Shown here piece by piece: positions 1 through 12,904 of a stretch of DNA of 64,000 bases. This DNA comes from Phaeosaccion multiseriatum (Eukaryota > Protista > Ochrophyta, other classes). Under the pieces are notes generated by a model that ran no database searches, was not told the origin of the DNA, and saw only the letters and a program-made list of their open reading frames with translations. The stretch's first letter is position 1. The number at the start of each line of letters is the position of its first letter. The DNA is taken from assembly GCA_965112735.1 (NCBI GenBank), contig OZ218956.1, forward strand, positions 62,001-126,000, given 5' to 3'. Both the position numbers and the translations under genes were made by a program.

Positions 1-1
1 T

Positions 2-1024
2 GGCTTACGTTTGAACTTGGACGCTGAGGGCGACGTTTACTTATCGAGGCAGCAATCGCAGTCGGGAGGGGGGGCACCAGGGCACAAGGGCAGCGCACAC
101 AATGGGAGCAGCAGCAGCACCTCCCAGACCTCTTCGGCCTCGGAGGGGGACGAGGGGCGCAAGACAACGGATGACAGTATTAATGTCCGACTGCCACGCA
201 GGCGGAGTGAGAGGAGGCTGAGAAGGGGCACCCACGTGGAGCAGCAGCAGCAGCAGGAGACTGCCTCATCATCTCCGTCGTGCTCTTCCTCTTCCGCCCA
301 CCGGTTGTCTTCGAGCAAGCGGAGAGAGCGAACTGTGGGCCGACGGAGAAGGGAGCACGAACTCCGACTGCTCGCTTTGGCAAGATTGAATTATTCCACC
401 ACCCCCTCCTACCTCGACGGGGACGGCGGCGCGCTCAGCCCGGCGGACATGGAGAGGATGCGCAAGTGCATAGAGGAAGCCCGGCAGACACCCATCCCTG
501 CCGCAACGGCCTGGGACTCAGACACTGGCTCTTCTTCGTGCTGGTCCTCCGCCTCGTCCGCCACGGGCAGCAGCCCCGTGCGGCAACAGCAGGACGGCAG
601 CAGGGCTGCTCCAAGAACGAGCGCCCGCGCCTCCGGCAAGGGCAGAACGAGAGCAAGGCCCGTCTCGTGCTGCGCCTACTGCAGCAAGGAAAGCGTCTCC
701 TCCTGCACCGCCCCCCCCTCCTCCTCGGAGGGGAGGACGTCACGCTCTGCATCATCGCATCATCAGCAGTCACAGAAGGACACCCGGTCCTTGTCCTCGT
801 CCTCGTCGTCGAGAAGCCCCCTGTCGACCCTCCGGCGGTGCTTCTCCCTTCAGCACGGCCTCCGCCTCTCGTCTTGCTCGGGCAGTGGCACTCAGTGTAG
901 TAGTCCCCTGGCGGGCGGAGGTAGGTCTGTCTCGAGACCGGCCCCCCTGCAGAGGACGGAAGGAGCGAGGTTTCCGCGCGGCCGACACGTGCTGGAGCTG
1001 ACGGACGACGGGGAGGACGTCTGA
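2..1024 (+). CDS. 3' end (terminal exon) of an unknown Ser/Arg-rich low-complexity protein; 5' part lies outside the window
   Basis: Frame is open from the window start to TGA at 1022-1024 and is followed by AT-richer 3'UTR-like sequence. No recognisable domain. Confidence 0.55.
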   Translation, partial: GLRLNLDAEGDVYLSRQQSQSGGGAPGHKGSAHNGSSSSTSQTSSASEGDEGRKTTDDSINVRLPRRRSERRLRRGTHVEQQQQQETASSSPSCSSSSAHRLSSSKRRERTVGRRRREHELRLLALARLNYSTTPSYLDGDGGALSPADMERMRKCIEEARQTPIPAATAWDSDTGSSSCWSSASSATGSSPVRQQQDGSRAAPRTSARASGKGRTRARPVSCCAYCSKESVSSCTAPPSSSEGRTSRSASSHHQQSQKDTRSLSSSSSSRSPLSTLRRCFSLQHGLRLSSCSGSGTQCSSPLAGGGRSVSRPAPLQRTEGARFPRGRHVLELTDDGEDV

Positions 1025-1468
1025 GCCGCCGGGAGGCACCGCGTTTTTGTTATTTGTCGTTGTCCAGTTATTGCTATTGTAGATCAGGTATAGCCCACCA
1101 GGCAAAGCAAGCACTAGGGTAGAGAGATATATCGCAGCGTGTTCATCGAGGAAACAAAGGGACACACAGATATAAATAGCAAACGACACGAACTAGAGGG
1201 AGACCTTGCTGAACATGCACATGTACATACAAAAAGTTTATATACACGGCTTACATCTCCACGTGCTTCCAACTTGTTGGTGGTGTGGTGTTGTGTGACA
1301 GTATTTTTTTCCCCCGAGAGCGCACTAACCCTAATAAGGTCTGTACTGCCCCATGACGGTCGTCATGTGAGGATGCAGCCCCTCCTCGCGCCCCCTATCC
1401 GCTGTCAGCCAACCCCCTCCGTCCGTCCGTCATTCAGTCAGTCCGTCCGTCACTCCCTCGGGGCCGCC

Positions 1469-4400
1469 TCACCCGCCTCGGTGGTGGTCCTCCCCCTGCT
1501 TTATAGCAAGCAGCAGAGCGCAGCGCTTCACCGCCCACTTGGCATGCAGAGGCCATGCCAAGCCGAGGGGCCCTGTGTCCCCAGCCCAAGCCTTTCCGCC
1601 ATTGCGTGGGTCAAGAGTATCATCATCATCATCATCATCCGCATCAGCAGCAGTTGGTGATACAACAGGAGCAGGCACTCTCTCCTCTGATGCCCTCCTC
1701 ACCATGTGGAGGAGCTCCACGGGGCCAAACCCCGGGGGGCGCAGGCTCAGAATGCTCCGCAGCAGTCTGTCCAGCCTGCTGGGGGGTGGCAGCCTAGGGG
1801 ATGGCAGCCTAGGGGATGGCAGCCTAGGGGATGGCAGCCTAAGCCCTCCCGCCCCACTGCTCGGGTCAGGGCCCTCCCAGGCCGGCCCCAGCCAGAGGGA
1901 GTCAAGCAGCACCTCCTGGAAAACGGCACGGTGCTGCAGCGCCACTTGTCGGCAATACTCTTCCTCGCAAGCGGGCCCTCCTCCTTGCGTGCCGGCTGAC
2001 GCTGACGCTGGCCCCACGCCGCCGCTCCTTTGCTCGCTGGCAAGTGCTTCGCTCCTCTCGCCAGCGCCTCTCGCCGCACTCACCAAAAGGGCAAGGCGCT
2101 TCACCGCGGCCAGCACTCGCAGTATGGCACCCCACGGCAGCCTCCCGGTGGCGCGGGCACTCCTCCTCCCCTCGCCGGGCCTTTCCCGCCCTGTCTCCTC
2201 TTCCAGGGGGGCCTTGATCAAACGAAGGGCGTCCAGGAAGCGCCCCGACGCCAAAGCCAAAGCGACTCTTGCCTGTCTGTGAGGAGCCGACGCGTCCGTG
2301 GGGGAGGGGGGGAGGGCTGACAGCGCCGCTTCGCACACACGTTGAGAGGCAGGAGGCAGGAGGAGGGGCGAGTGGAGCGCAGAGTATCCCTGCTCCTGCT
2401 CACCCCCCACCTCCCTCTCCTTCGTGTCCTCTCCTGCATCGGTCTTCTTCTCCTGCTCCTCTTGCTCCCCATGCACACCCTCCGCCCCCCTCTTCGCCCC
2501 CTCGTCCCCCTCCTCTCCCTGGCTGTGCTTCTTCTCTCCTCTCTCTCCATACTGGCCCATATGCCTCCTCCGCCCGGTAAACGCCACATGACGGGCCACG
2601 TCGAGCACAAAGGGCACGAGCCAGGCCGGGCGGAAGCGAAACAGAGCGCGACAGCAGGCCTCATACCGCGCCGCTCCTCCACTTCCATCCCCCCAATCCG
2701 AGTACACTGACAAGAGGCGAGAGTCCACAGTCACCACCGCAGGGCCCTTCCCCTTCTTATCATCGCGCTGTGAGCACGTCGAGCTGGAAACCCTCTCACT
2801 GGGCAGATCCACACGCAGCAGCTCAAACAGCGACAGCCGCCCTTCCTCCCCCTCCCTGAGGTGGCCCGCCCCTCGTGGGGTGTCTTCGCTCCATACAACA
2901 TCCTCCTCAGCGGCCGAGAGCAGCAACACGCCCATCAGAGCCAGCCCGGAGGAGGAAAGAGAGCTCCCCCCTCCCCCTCCTGCAACCCCAGCCCTCAGCC
3001 CCCTTTCCCTTTGCTCGGTGTCAAGCACATGCCCATCCGCGCCGCTGTACGAGACTTGTCGTCTTCTTCGCTCTCTCCGGAAGGGCTGCGCACCCCCCTG
3101 GAGGATGTCTCCCTCTCCTCCGTCGTAGAGCCCCACCCACTCCCTCAGATGGCACCCTAAGGCCACATCCATAGGGTGTACGCCCCTCCTGTCCGCCCGA
3201 GCTGTCAGCAAGTCTTTAGCGTCCTCCTCGGTGTCATCTCTTCCTCCTCTCTCCGCTTCGCCTTCCCCTCGTCTGCGCGGGCCTGCTGCTTCTTCCCGTC
3301 CTCGCCTGACTCCCTCCTCCCCATCCTTCTCTTCTTGCATCACCAACTGCTGCTGCTGCTCCACACTCCCCAACCCTTGCCTCTTTGCCTTGTCCATGCC
3401 CGCCAGCACGCTTCTCACGGCCCGCAGCAGCTCCTCCAAGGACTGCGTCGCACCGCCCCGTCCGCGCACGGCACTCCTCATGGCGACCCTCAGCACCAGG
3501 GGCACGCTCGCTCCTCTCCCTGGCTGTCCTGCCCCTTCATCTCCCCACGCCAGGGCGTCCCCCACCTCCGACAAGGCGAGCGCCGCGACCTCTCCCTCCC
3601 TCGTCACTTCGTCCCTGCCGCTATTGACACATGCAGTGCCGCCGCTGCCGCCCATATGACTACTCCAGCGTGTGCCCATGCGTAGCAACTCCTCCGTGAG
3701 CAAGTGCGCGACGTGTCCTTCCGAGGCCCGCACCAAATGGCGGTAGTGCACCAACGCGTCCAGGAAGGGCCGGCAAGGGAGAGGTTTCCGAGTCGAGTCG
3801 CCTGAGGGGCGTCGTTGCCCCCTCGAGCTCCGTCCGCTGCTGCTGCTGCCCACATGACTGCTGCTGCCGCTGCTGCTCATCTGACTGCTGCTCATCTGAC
3901 TGCTGCTGGCGCTGCTCCCCGTCCTGCCCAGCTGAGGCCTGGCCGCAGCCGGGCCCCCATCGCAAGCCTCCCCCCCCTCTCCAGCTGCCACTGACCCATG
4001 CAACGCTCCTGCTGCTGCTCCTCCTGCCACTGCTGCCACTCCAGCGGAAGCCGACTCTGCGATACTCCTGACGCTGCCGTGCGTGGTGGTGCTACTGCTG
4101 CTGCCATCTGCGGCCGTAGTGAGGCCTTGAAGCGGCTGCTGCTGCCAGTGCAGGGAGTGCCTCCTCGCGGGTACTTTGAGGAGAAACACGCCCCCCCGGG
4201 GAGAGAGAAGTCCCATGCTGTGGCCCCTGCTGCAGGAGCGCCAGAAGCAGCTGCCGTGTTGTGTTGCAGGGGATGGCAGTGGATGGGGAGCGTGAGGGCG
4301 TGCGTGGGATCAAAGGGAGACAGACGGAGACACGGGAGACACGGGACGCAACAGAGCGAAGAAGTCAGGAAAGGAAGGGGGTCAAGCTTGGTCCGACTCT

Positions 4401-5160
4401 GCACCTGCTCAGCATCCGCTCTCCATCTGTGAGTCGCCCCGCAAAGAGCTTCGTGGGAAGATCCTGCCGCACCACAAGCTGCCCTGACAGGGCGTCGAAG
4501 ACGGAGCAGCAAAGGACGAGGCTGGACCCTCCCCCGCCCCCCCCCTGCGTTTCCGCTTCTCGACTTTGACTGAGGACGAGAACGAGGTCTCGGAACACCT
4601 CCATGGCCACCGCTCGAGGCGCCTGGCTATCCGTCTCCCACCGTCCTTGCCCTCCTTGCCCCTCCGCCTGAGCCTGGGCCTGCCCCACCCTCGGATTGTG
4701 ACTCAAAGCGCAAACCCCAACTCTCTTGACGAGCAGGCCCCCCGCATGGGCAAAGACGCGCAGCAGAGTGTTGCAGGGCCGCTGGAGCACCAACAGCTCC
4801 CCTGTGACATCGTGATGGGCGAAGAGCGGCTCCAGCCTACTCTTGCTCCTCTCGCTCAACGCCCCGCTACTGCTCCTCGCAACTCGCGAAGAGAGAGGTC
4901 TTACTCCCCCTCCCCCCCCTTCTGCGCCCCCCACTGCTCCTACTGCTGGTGTTGGTAGTGACGGTGTAGGGGTGGGAAGGACGGAGACCGCGGCGGCGCT
5001 GGCCGGGGAAGGCGGGGGGAAGGGGAGGGAGGGGGGGGGGTCTGCTTGGGCAGCCGGCGTGGCGGGGGCTGAAGACCATACGGAAGCCGGCCCGGCCCCT
5101 TGGGACGGCGCGGCGCCTGTGTGACTGCTGCCCATGCTGCTGAGGCTGCTGCGCCTCCTC

Positions 5161-5191
<31 letters not shown>

Positions 5192-7013
5192 CGCTGCTGC
5201 TGCCCATCTGACTGCTCCTGCTTTGACGCAGCCTCGTGGAGAGCAAGAGGCCCGTCTTTCGGCAGTTGAAGAGTACCTCCCATTCCGCGCCCCCCCCCTC
5301 ACCAGCGGCAGCGGCTGCGGTAAGCCCCCGTTGGAAAGCCTTCCTCTTGTCCCCCTGGTGGGGCTGCTGCACTACCCAAAGGCCCTTGGTGCTGCAAAAC
5401 AGACGCCCTGCGCCCCCCGAAGGGCATGCAGCGAGACTCACGGCAAAGCCCACTTCCAATTCGTACTCCGGCTGTCTCCTCGCCTCCTCTATTTTCTCCT
5501 CTCCCTCTCCCTCCTCCTTCTCATCATCCCCCTTGTTGTCGTCCTTCTCTCCGCCCACCACCTCCTCCTCTTTCTCCTCGTCCTCGTCTCCTCCTGTGCC
5601 GTTCTCCTTCCTCCCAGGTCCCTCCCAGTCTCCCGCCCCCCTCTCAAGCGCTCGCTCACCCCCTCCCTCCTCCTCCTCCTCCTCCTCCTCCTCCTCCTCC
5701 TCCTCCTCCTCTTCCTCCTCCTCCTCCTCCTCCTCCTCCTCCTCTTCCTCCTCCTCCTCCTCCGCCTCCTCCTCCTCTTCCTCCTCCCCCTCCTCTTCCT
5801 CCTCCACCTCCACCTCCTCCTCTTCCGCCTCCTCCTCCTCCTCCTCCTCCTCCTCCATCTCCTCCTCCGCCTCCTCCATCTCCCCCTCCCCCTCCTCTTC
5901 GTCCTCCTTCTCCTCCTCGTCGTCGTCGTCCTCGTCGTCGTCTTCCTCCTCCACAAGATTGGGTGCCTCAGGCTCGAGCCGGGTGAGTGTCACAACTCGG
6001 CTCCGCACGGACACGTCCCCCCTTGACGGGCAGTCGGCCTGGCGCCACACAAGGCGATATTTGCACACAGGAAGAAGGCCGGAGCGGGGAGCCTCCCCGT
6101 CATCCTCATGAGCACTAGCGGCGGCACACACCACCCTCCCCACAGTGGGTTGACCCTCGCCGTGGACGGGGGGGAGAAGGGAGAAGGCGTTGAGAAAGAC
6201 CCACCTCCCGCCCGGACCCCTCCTCCTCTCCTCTGCCTTGCAGCTCCCGCTCTGCCCTTCTGGGCTCGCTGGGCCTGGTGCTTCCACTTGTTGAGCCCCC
6301 CAAGGTGGCGGCGGTGGCGGTTCCCACTGCCACAGCCTTGTCAAGCCGCTTCCCTCCACGGCGAGGAGTCGTGTCACATCGGGCTCGGCGGGGTGGCGCA
6401 GAAAAGTGCACAGGACAAGCGGTGAATGGTGTGCTAAGATCAACAAGTCGCTCAAGAAACTGCCCCCAGAGGCTGCTACTGCCTGTGCCACGAGCGCTTC
6501 CACAAACTGAAGCGTGGGGTTGACCTTCCTGTTTCGGCCCCTCTTGCGGGCATTGCGTTTGCCGTCTCTAAGCTCATCCCCACTGCTGCTGTCTTCGCCA
6601 CTGCTGTAGCTATAACTGCCGCTCCTGCTTCTGTGCTGCTTTGCGCTTCCGTTTCGCAGCAGTGTGTCGAGAAGCTTGATTAGAGAGCTTGGTCCCCCCC
6701 CACCAGCGCCTCGAGACGTGGACGAGGGAAACACTTCCACGGCGTCCAGCAATACCGTCACAGCGCTGAGCACACCACTCCTCTCCTCCTCCTCCTCCTC
6801 CTCCTCCTCCTCCTCCTCCCTCTCCTTCTCCTGCTCCTGATCCCGCTCCTGCAAGTAGGCCCGGGTGTATGTGGCCGCTGCATGCCCACGAATGTGGACA
6901 AGCCTTTCAAGTGAGAGGGTGTCGCTCAGCTCCGCGAGGAGCTCGCCGCCTCTGAGCGCAGGCCTCTGGCGGGAAAGCCACTCCAAGCCAACGCTTTCGC
7001 CGCCCGTCTTCAT
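1469..7013 (-). CDS. HPS6: HPS6-like protein (BLOC-2 subunit, Hermansky-Pudlak syndrome 6 family), about 1796 aa, 2 exons
   Basis: Exons 7013-4405 and 4250-1469 are joined in frame by a phase-2 GT-AG intron (4404-4251). Motifs are colinear with animal HPS6 as I recall it: SPLVLCTFL..LLAVEGSGLTRLW; GRVVCAAA..RLVW; MEVFRDLVLVL..FDALSGQLVVRQDL; YEACCRALFRFRPAWLVPFV; LALASGRFLDALRL; LLRSILSLRPPGFGPVELLHMVR. Confidence 0.7.
5661..5950. repeat. (TCC/GAG)n trinucleotide expansion encoding a poly-Glu/Asp tract in the HPS6-like exon
   Basis: Near-continuous TCC repeats, read as EEEE... on the minus strand. Confidence 0.9.
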
Positions 7014-7772
7014 CTCCGTCGTGCCATCCGTACTCCAAAGCGCTTATTTCCCGTGGCGTGGAGAAGGTCGCCGGAGCGAAAGTAAGGGTGCGAGTTGGTG
7101 ATTCAGACCATTTGTGATTTGTCACCGGACCGGCCCCTTCATCACCCCCTGTTTGTACCACATGTATGAAACCTTGGCAGCATATGTATTAGCACATGGC
7201 AGCGTACTATGTACAACACCCCCCCGCCCCTCCAGCACCTCTTGGCCCTGCGACTTTTCACCTAATCAAACTCACTGCCTCCTATCTAACTTACTTGTAC
7301 TAACTTACTCGCTGACTTACTCACTGCCATACTAACTTACTCGCTGACTTACTCACTGCCTTACTCGAGCACAATAACTCGCTAATTCGTCGTGTGGAGA
7401 GTGCCGGAAGCAGTTCCCACGCCGAAAGGGCCGTCCAACCATCCACTGCCATCCTCACTGCTGGACGCCTATGCCCGCCCGGATACCGGCCGCATCAACC
7501 ACTGACCCATCCACTGAGTGCCATCTGCCTCCCCTTCGGAGAGCGCACCGTCGTGGGCGGCAGCTCTTCTGCCTGTAATTCCCTGCCTCCCTCCGTACTC
7601 CCTCCCTCCCTCCCTCCCTCCCTGTCATTTCGTCTCTTCCTCCCTCCCTCCCTCCCTCTCAGTCTATCCTCCCTGCACGTGAGCTCTCCCCCTCGCAGTT
7701 CGATCCCTCCCTCTCGCCTCTCGCCCGTCGATCAAGTCAACCAAGTCAATGAAGTCAATGAAGTCAACAAGC

Positions 7773-9700
7773 TCAATCGGTCCTGGGCTTGTATGTGGGG
7801 ATCATATGGCTCGCCATGGAGGGGAGCATGACCGCGCTGGGGCTTGCACCCGGGGCGGGGAGGGAGAAGCCCGTGGCCTCCTTGAACACGCCCTCTACCA
7901 CTACATCCTCCTTCTCGAAGTACTGAGAGAAAGAGAACAAGGGAGGGCAGCACAGCCACACGGGCAAGGACAACCAAGGGGGACCAAGTACATTGATTGC
8001 AGCACAGCACATCACAAGAGAGTAGACGTGAGAGAGAGCGAGAGAGCGCAAGGGCGGGGGCGCACTATGACTAACAGCAGCGTCTGTCCGTCTGGGGGAG
8101 GCAGTGCAATTTGTTGCCATCCTCCGGCCTTGGGCCGTCCATCACCTTTTGGAGTTTGAAATAAACCGCCCAACAGGTAGCGAGCGCAAACTGAAAACTG
8201 ATTCCGCATGGCTTTGACTTCGACTTTGCGCTTGCTTACCTTGGAGGGCACCGGCTTGACCAGGGCGTGGCTGACAGTGGCGACGGTCATGAGCCCCGCC
8301 ATGGTGTACATGGTGGAGTCATACAGGAAGGGGGACGGGTCCACAGTGCCCACCGGGGTGGTGTCCAGGAGCCTGGAGATGGTGAGCGTCTTGCTCTCCA
8401 GCAAAGCCGCGGACTCCGAGATGGGAGAGCCGAAGCGCTGCGGTCAAGAGGAGGGGGGGGTGTTAGCCCTAGATAGAGGCGAGGCGTTGGACTCAAGACG
8501 CGTCAAGTCAAGTCAGTCAAGTCAAGTTAGGTCCTATGCGAGCACGCGGTGCCACACGCACACACACGCACACACACGCACACACACGCACACACACGCA
8601 CACACACGCACACGCACACACACACACATGCACACACACGCACACACACATGGACACACACGCGCACGCACGTACACACGCACACACACTCACCTCCAGG
8701 AACTTGGCGGGGTCGGCCTTGCTCAGTAAGTCAGCGATAGCCGCGCTCTCGCTCCTCGCCTTGAGGGCCATGAGCAGCGAGGGGCCGCCCAGCGCCGCCG
8801 TGGAAGAGAACAGCAGCATGCGGCCGTGCGTGGGGCCCACGTACTTGGTACCGAAGAGGTCCCCCTCGTAGGCGGGCAGCACCGAGTATAGCCCCCCCAT
8901 GATGGAGATGGCGAGGAACGTGTTACCCACGAACAGGTACATGGGCAGAGCGCTCGATGTCGTCACCACCTGAGGGGGGCAGACACAGTGAGGGTCAGGC
9001 AAGGGGCAGTGGGGAGTCTCGAGTAGGACCTCCACACTCACACTCACAGTCACTGTATGACCAACACACTCACCTGATTGACGAGGAATGGCACGGATAA
9101 GTACAAGGGGATGCTTGCCATCGTGAACACGTGGAACGTCGTGCGTCGCCCGAACCTGTGGGCAGAGTGTGGGCACAGGATCATAACGAAGGGAAGGGGC
9201 CCGTCAGTCACTTAGTCGGTCAATCCAGCAGTCAGTACTCCCGCACACACAGTCACAGGCTTCATCCACTTACTTGTCGGAGAAGCTTGCCCACACGAGT
9301 CTGCCTCCGAGGTTGGCAGCTCCGAGCACGCCCACGTACTGAGACGCGAAGGCCGCTGTCACCACACCTGCAACACGTACGAACGCACGCACGCACGCAC
9401 GCACATACACATTCATGGTCAACGAATGAGAGTTGGCCCTCCGGGAGAGCAGCCTTAGCGGATAGATAGACGCGCATGGCCTGCACGCTCTCTACGCTGC
9501 CTCTGCCTCCCTCCCAGTCAAGCGTCAAGCAGGATGGCAGTCGATGGCAGCGCCTTTGACCCCACCTGGCAGCAGCGTGGAGAAGATGTCTCCCATCATG
9601 GGCTTGGCCACAGACAGGAGCGCGATGCCCCCCGCAGCCATCGACGCGAACGTGGTGCCCAGCAGGTAGAACTGCGGCGTCGTCATCACCTGCAGGGGCG

Positions 9701-9740
<40 letters not shown>

Positions 9741-12700
9741 GACGAAAGGAAAGGCTGAGACGAAGCATCGCAAGCGTAAAGCATCGCCAGCGTGAAGCAT
9801 GGCACTTGCCTGGTTGGGGGTAACGTTTCCAGCAGCCACCAAGTCCTGCTTCTCCTCTTTGGCGGCGGAGGGGGCAGGCTCTGGTGGGGTGTATCCTTCA
9901 ACCTGCTCAGTTTCAGTTTCGAGGGGGGGGGAGGGGGGGCAGTGTCAGCATTGAAATTGAAAGATGAGTACACAACGAAAAGAACACTCTCGCACACACG
10001 TTGCAGTGCTCTTCCCCCCTTCCTTCGCCCTCTGCCCTCCGCCCCTCGCCTGTGCCCCCCCCCCTGCATTGGGTTACCAAAAGAGCAGCCCCAGTCAGAC
10101 AGTCAGACAGTCAGACAGTCGGTCCAGGCCCTGCATGCTCTCTTCGTGTGTGCGTGTCTGTGTCGCACCTTGTATCCCGGCGGAGGGGTGCGGATGGTGA
10201 AGGCCGAGGCGAGCATGGCAGTGCCGTACACGCCGCCCGCCACCATCAAAGTCGCCGCCGCGCCGCTGTTGCCTGAGGGGTGGAGGCGTCAGTGGAGGCG
10301 TCAGTGGAGGCGGTGGGGGCACGGGGAGGGGTACGGCAGGGCAGGGCAGGACAGGGCAGGACAGAGGTATCCCTTCGAGGTATCCCTTCGATGTAACCCT
10401 TCGATCGACACCAACCCGCCCCTGTCGTGCAGGTCCCCCTATGGTGCAGTGCCCACCCACCTGAGCCCACCACGTACACGCCCTCCGCCATGTCGCACGA
10501 GAGCTTGGCGATGTCCGCGGCGTTTGCCGTCACCACCTCCACGAGCTCGCCCCCTGACTCGGCCCAGCGCCTGCCCTCCTTCAGCACGATGTCCACCTGT
10601 TGGTCACACGCAAGCCAGCGGTGAGCGGTGCTGGCCCCCCATCCACTGCCATCCTCCCTCCCTCCTCCCCTACCTGCGACACGGCCCCAAGGTAAGTGGG
10701 GCTGACCATGAAGGTGTCCATCAGTCTGTAGAGAGAAAGAAAGAGAGGATTACACTTGATGCATCAAGAGGAGCACAAACCACACATCAGCATCAGTCTC
10801 AACGTGGTTGTGGACATGCACTTCCTTTGGACGCTGCCTGTAACTGAAGGCTGCCTTGCACTCACTTATTGGCCAGCGGGGCGAAGACGAGTGCCCCCGA
10901 TCCGAAGCCCGCGATGCACATACCCGACGCAAGCCCACGCCGATCCGGAAACCACGAAATGAGCGCCTGAGATGGGATTCAGATGAGATGGGGTGTGGTG
11001 TGAGCGATAAGCGACGACGTCGATTCATAGATACGTGGATGAACCGGAAGACAGAGATGGGTTGGACAGATAGGATAGTCGGACTCCCGACACGCATACA
11101 GGCTCTCCCGCTCCTCGCAGGGGGCGAGCCTTTCTCCTCGTCCTCCCTCCTCCTCCTGCTCCTACTCCTTCTTCTCCTCCTCCTCCTCCTCCTCCTCCTC
11201 CTCCTCCTCCTCCTCCTCCCCTTCCTCCTCCTCCTCCTCCTCCTCCTCCTCCTCCTCCTCCTCCTCCCCTTCCTCCTCCTCCTCCTCCTCCTCCTCCTCC
11301 CCTTCCTCCTGCTCAGGTAAGCACATGCTCTGTCCCGCCTTTCCTTCCGCGAGCAGCCCAATGCCCCACCCACCCCCTCTCAGACCAACCAACGAACCAA
11401 CCAACCAACCAATCAACCAACCAACCAACCAATCAACCAACCAACCAACCAACTAACCAACCAACCAACCAACCAACCAGCGCCCCATGCCCGTATGGCT
11501 CCACTCGGCACTGACCTGCAGGGGCGGCGTGTAAGCCAACCCCACCCCAATGCCCCCCAAGAATCCGTAGCCGAGATACAGCAGGGGCAAAGAGTGTAGG
11601 GAGATGCCCAGGCCGCCGAGCGCCAACCCCCCCCCGAAGCACGCCGCTGCTGTCGTCATCGCCTTCCGCGGCCCGGCCTATGATTGGGGGGGGGGGGGGC
11701 AACGGAATGCGACGGAACGCAGAACGAACAAATGTGCAACTTTGAGAATCGGAGGAATGCGTGTTTTCTTCTCTGAGGAATGCGTGCTCTCTTAAGTCAC
11801 GCTCGTGTCCAGTGCGGTGCTGCCTTCGCAGGCCGAGTGCTTGAAGCCCCGGCACGTGCCTTCCTCACTCACATCCATGGCCCACTTGCCCGCCACAGCA
11901 GCAGAGATGCCCTGCATGGCGAACACAAGCTGAATGGGAAAGGTGCTGTCCGCCATGCTCCAGTCGCCAGCAGCCTCCGCCACCAGACCAAGCTCGCGAG
12001 AGAGTGTGCCGCTCATGATGGACCATCCGTACGGGGAGCCGATACACACGTGAGCGATGCACGCAGGAACCACCACGGACCAGCGGTTCGTGCCGGGTGA
12101 CGCCTGGGGAGGGATGGCAGAGTGTGGTGGGGGGGTAGAGGGGGTGTTGGTTATGCACATAATAAGATAGGAACAACAGATCAGAACACCGACAAGTGAC
12201 GGGGCCTTCGGTGGCCTTCACTGAGTGGGTGTATTGGCTGGGTGGGAGGGGCTACAGACCAAGTTCAAGGTCAGGCGTTATGTGTGGTGGCCCCCTCCGC
12301 GCCCTTCCCGGTCTCGAACTGAGGGGCGGCCAACAGCACCGACAGAAGTACATTCCATTGACGTCCACAGAAGTACATTCCATTCACGTCCACATCACCC
12401 GTCCATCACCCGTCTCCCACGCGACTCTTTTTCGTCCCCGCCTCCGGCAGCGACGGCCCCCCCGGGCCAGTGCCAAGCTTCGGAGTGCATGTCTTCTCAT
12501 CGCACGCAGCACCCTGCACCCCTTCCCTCTCTCACCTGCGCAGACTTGGGCCCAAACCACCTGTGCATGAGCCCCTTCTTGTTGCCCTCCTCCTTCTGGA
12601 TCTCCTCCTTGTCCTTCTCGCCCCCTACGGCAGGCGGCGTGGAAGAAGAGAGGCTGCGACTCGCGCCGAGGCCTTGCCATGCTTGCTGCCGCTGTTGCCA

Positions 12701-12904
12701 CCCCCCCTGCTCACCACGATACTGCGGCCGCCCTACTGCTGCCACTGTCGCTGTTGACAGACACCTCGCTCCCTGCTGCTGCTCTTGTCGGCCATAGTCC
12801 GGACTCAGGCTCTGCAGCGGCTCATACTTGGGCAGCCTAGTGCTGCTGAAGCTGCGGCGGCTGCTGGCACGGAAAGCTGTGCCAGCTTTCGCGAATCGCA
12901 GCAT
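7773..12904 (-). CDS. MFS transporter, oxalate/formate antiporter (OFA/YhjX)-like, about 14 exons, with an N-terminal mitochondrial-type presequence
   Basis: Spliced exons give [45 protein letters not shown]|[52 protein letters not shown]|[40 protein letters not shown]. Stop at 7773-7775. Confidence 0.9.
11140..11478. repeat. Intronic (CTC)n tract followed by a (CCAA)n microsatellite
   Basis: Directly visible inside an intron of the MFS gene. Confidence 0.9.

Noticed and set aside
1706-1999. Plus-strand ORF with QPRGW repeats
   Set aside because: Antisense shadow of a 15-bp LPSPR repeat in the HPS6-like exon.
5100-6111. Poly-Leu, poly-Ser and poly-Pro ORFs (extensin/formin-like)
   Set aside because: Alternative frames of the TCC microsatellite, antisense to the real gene.
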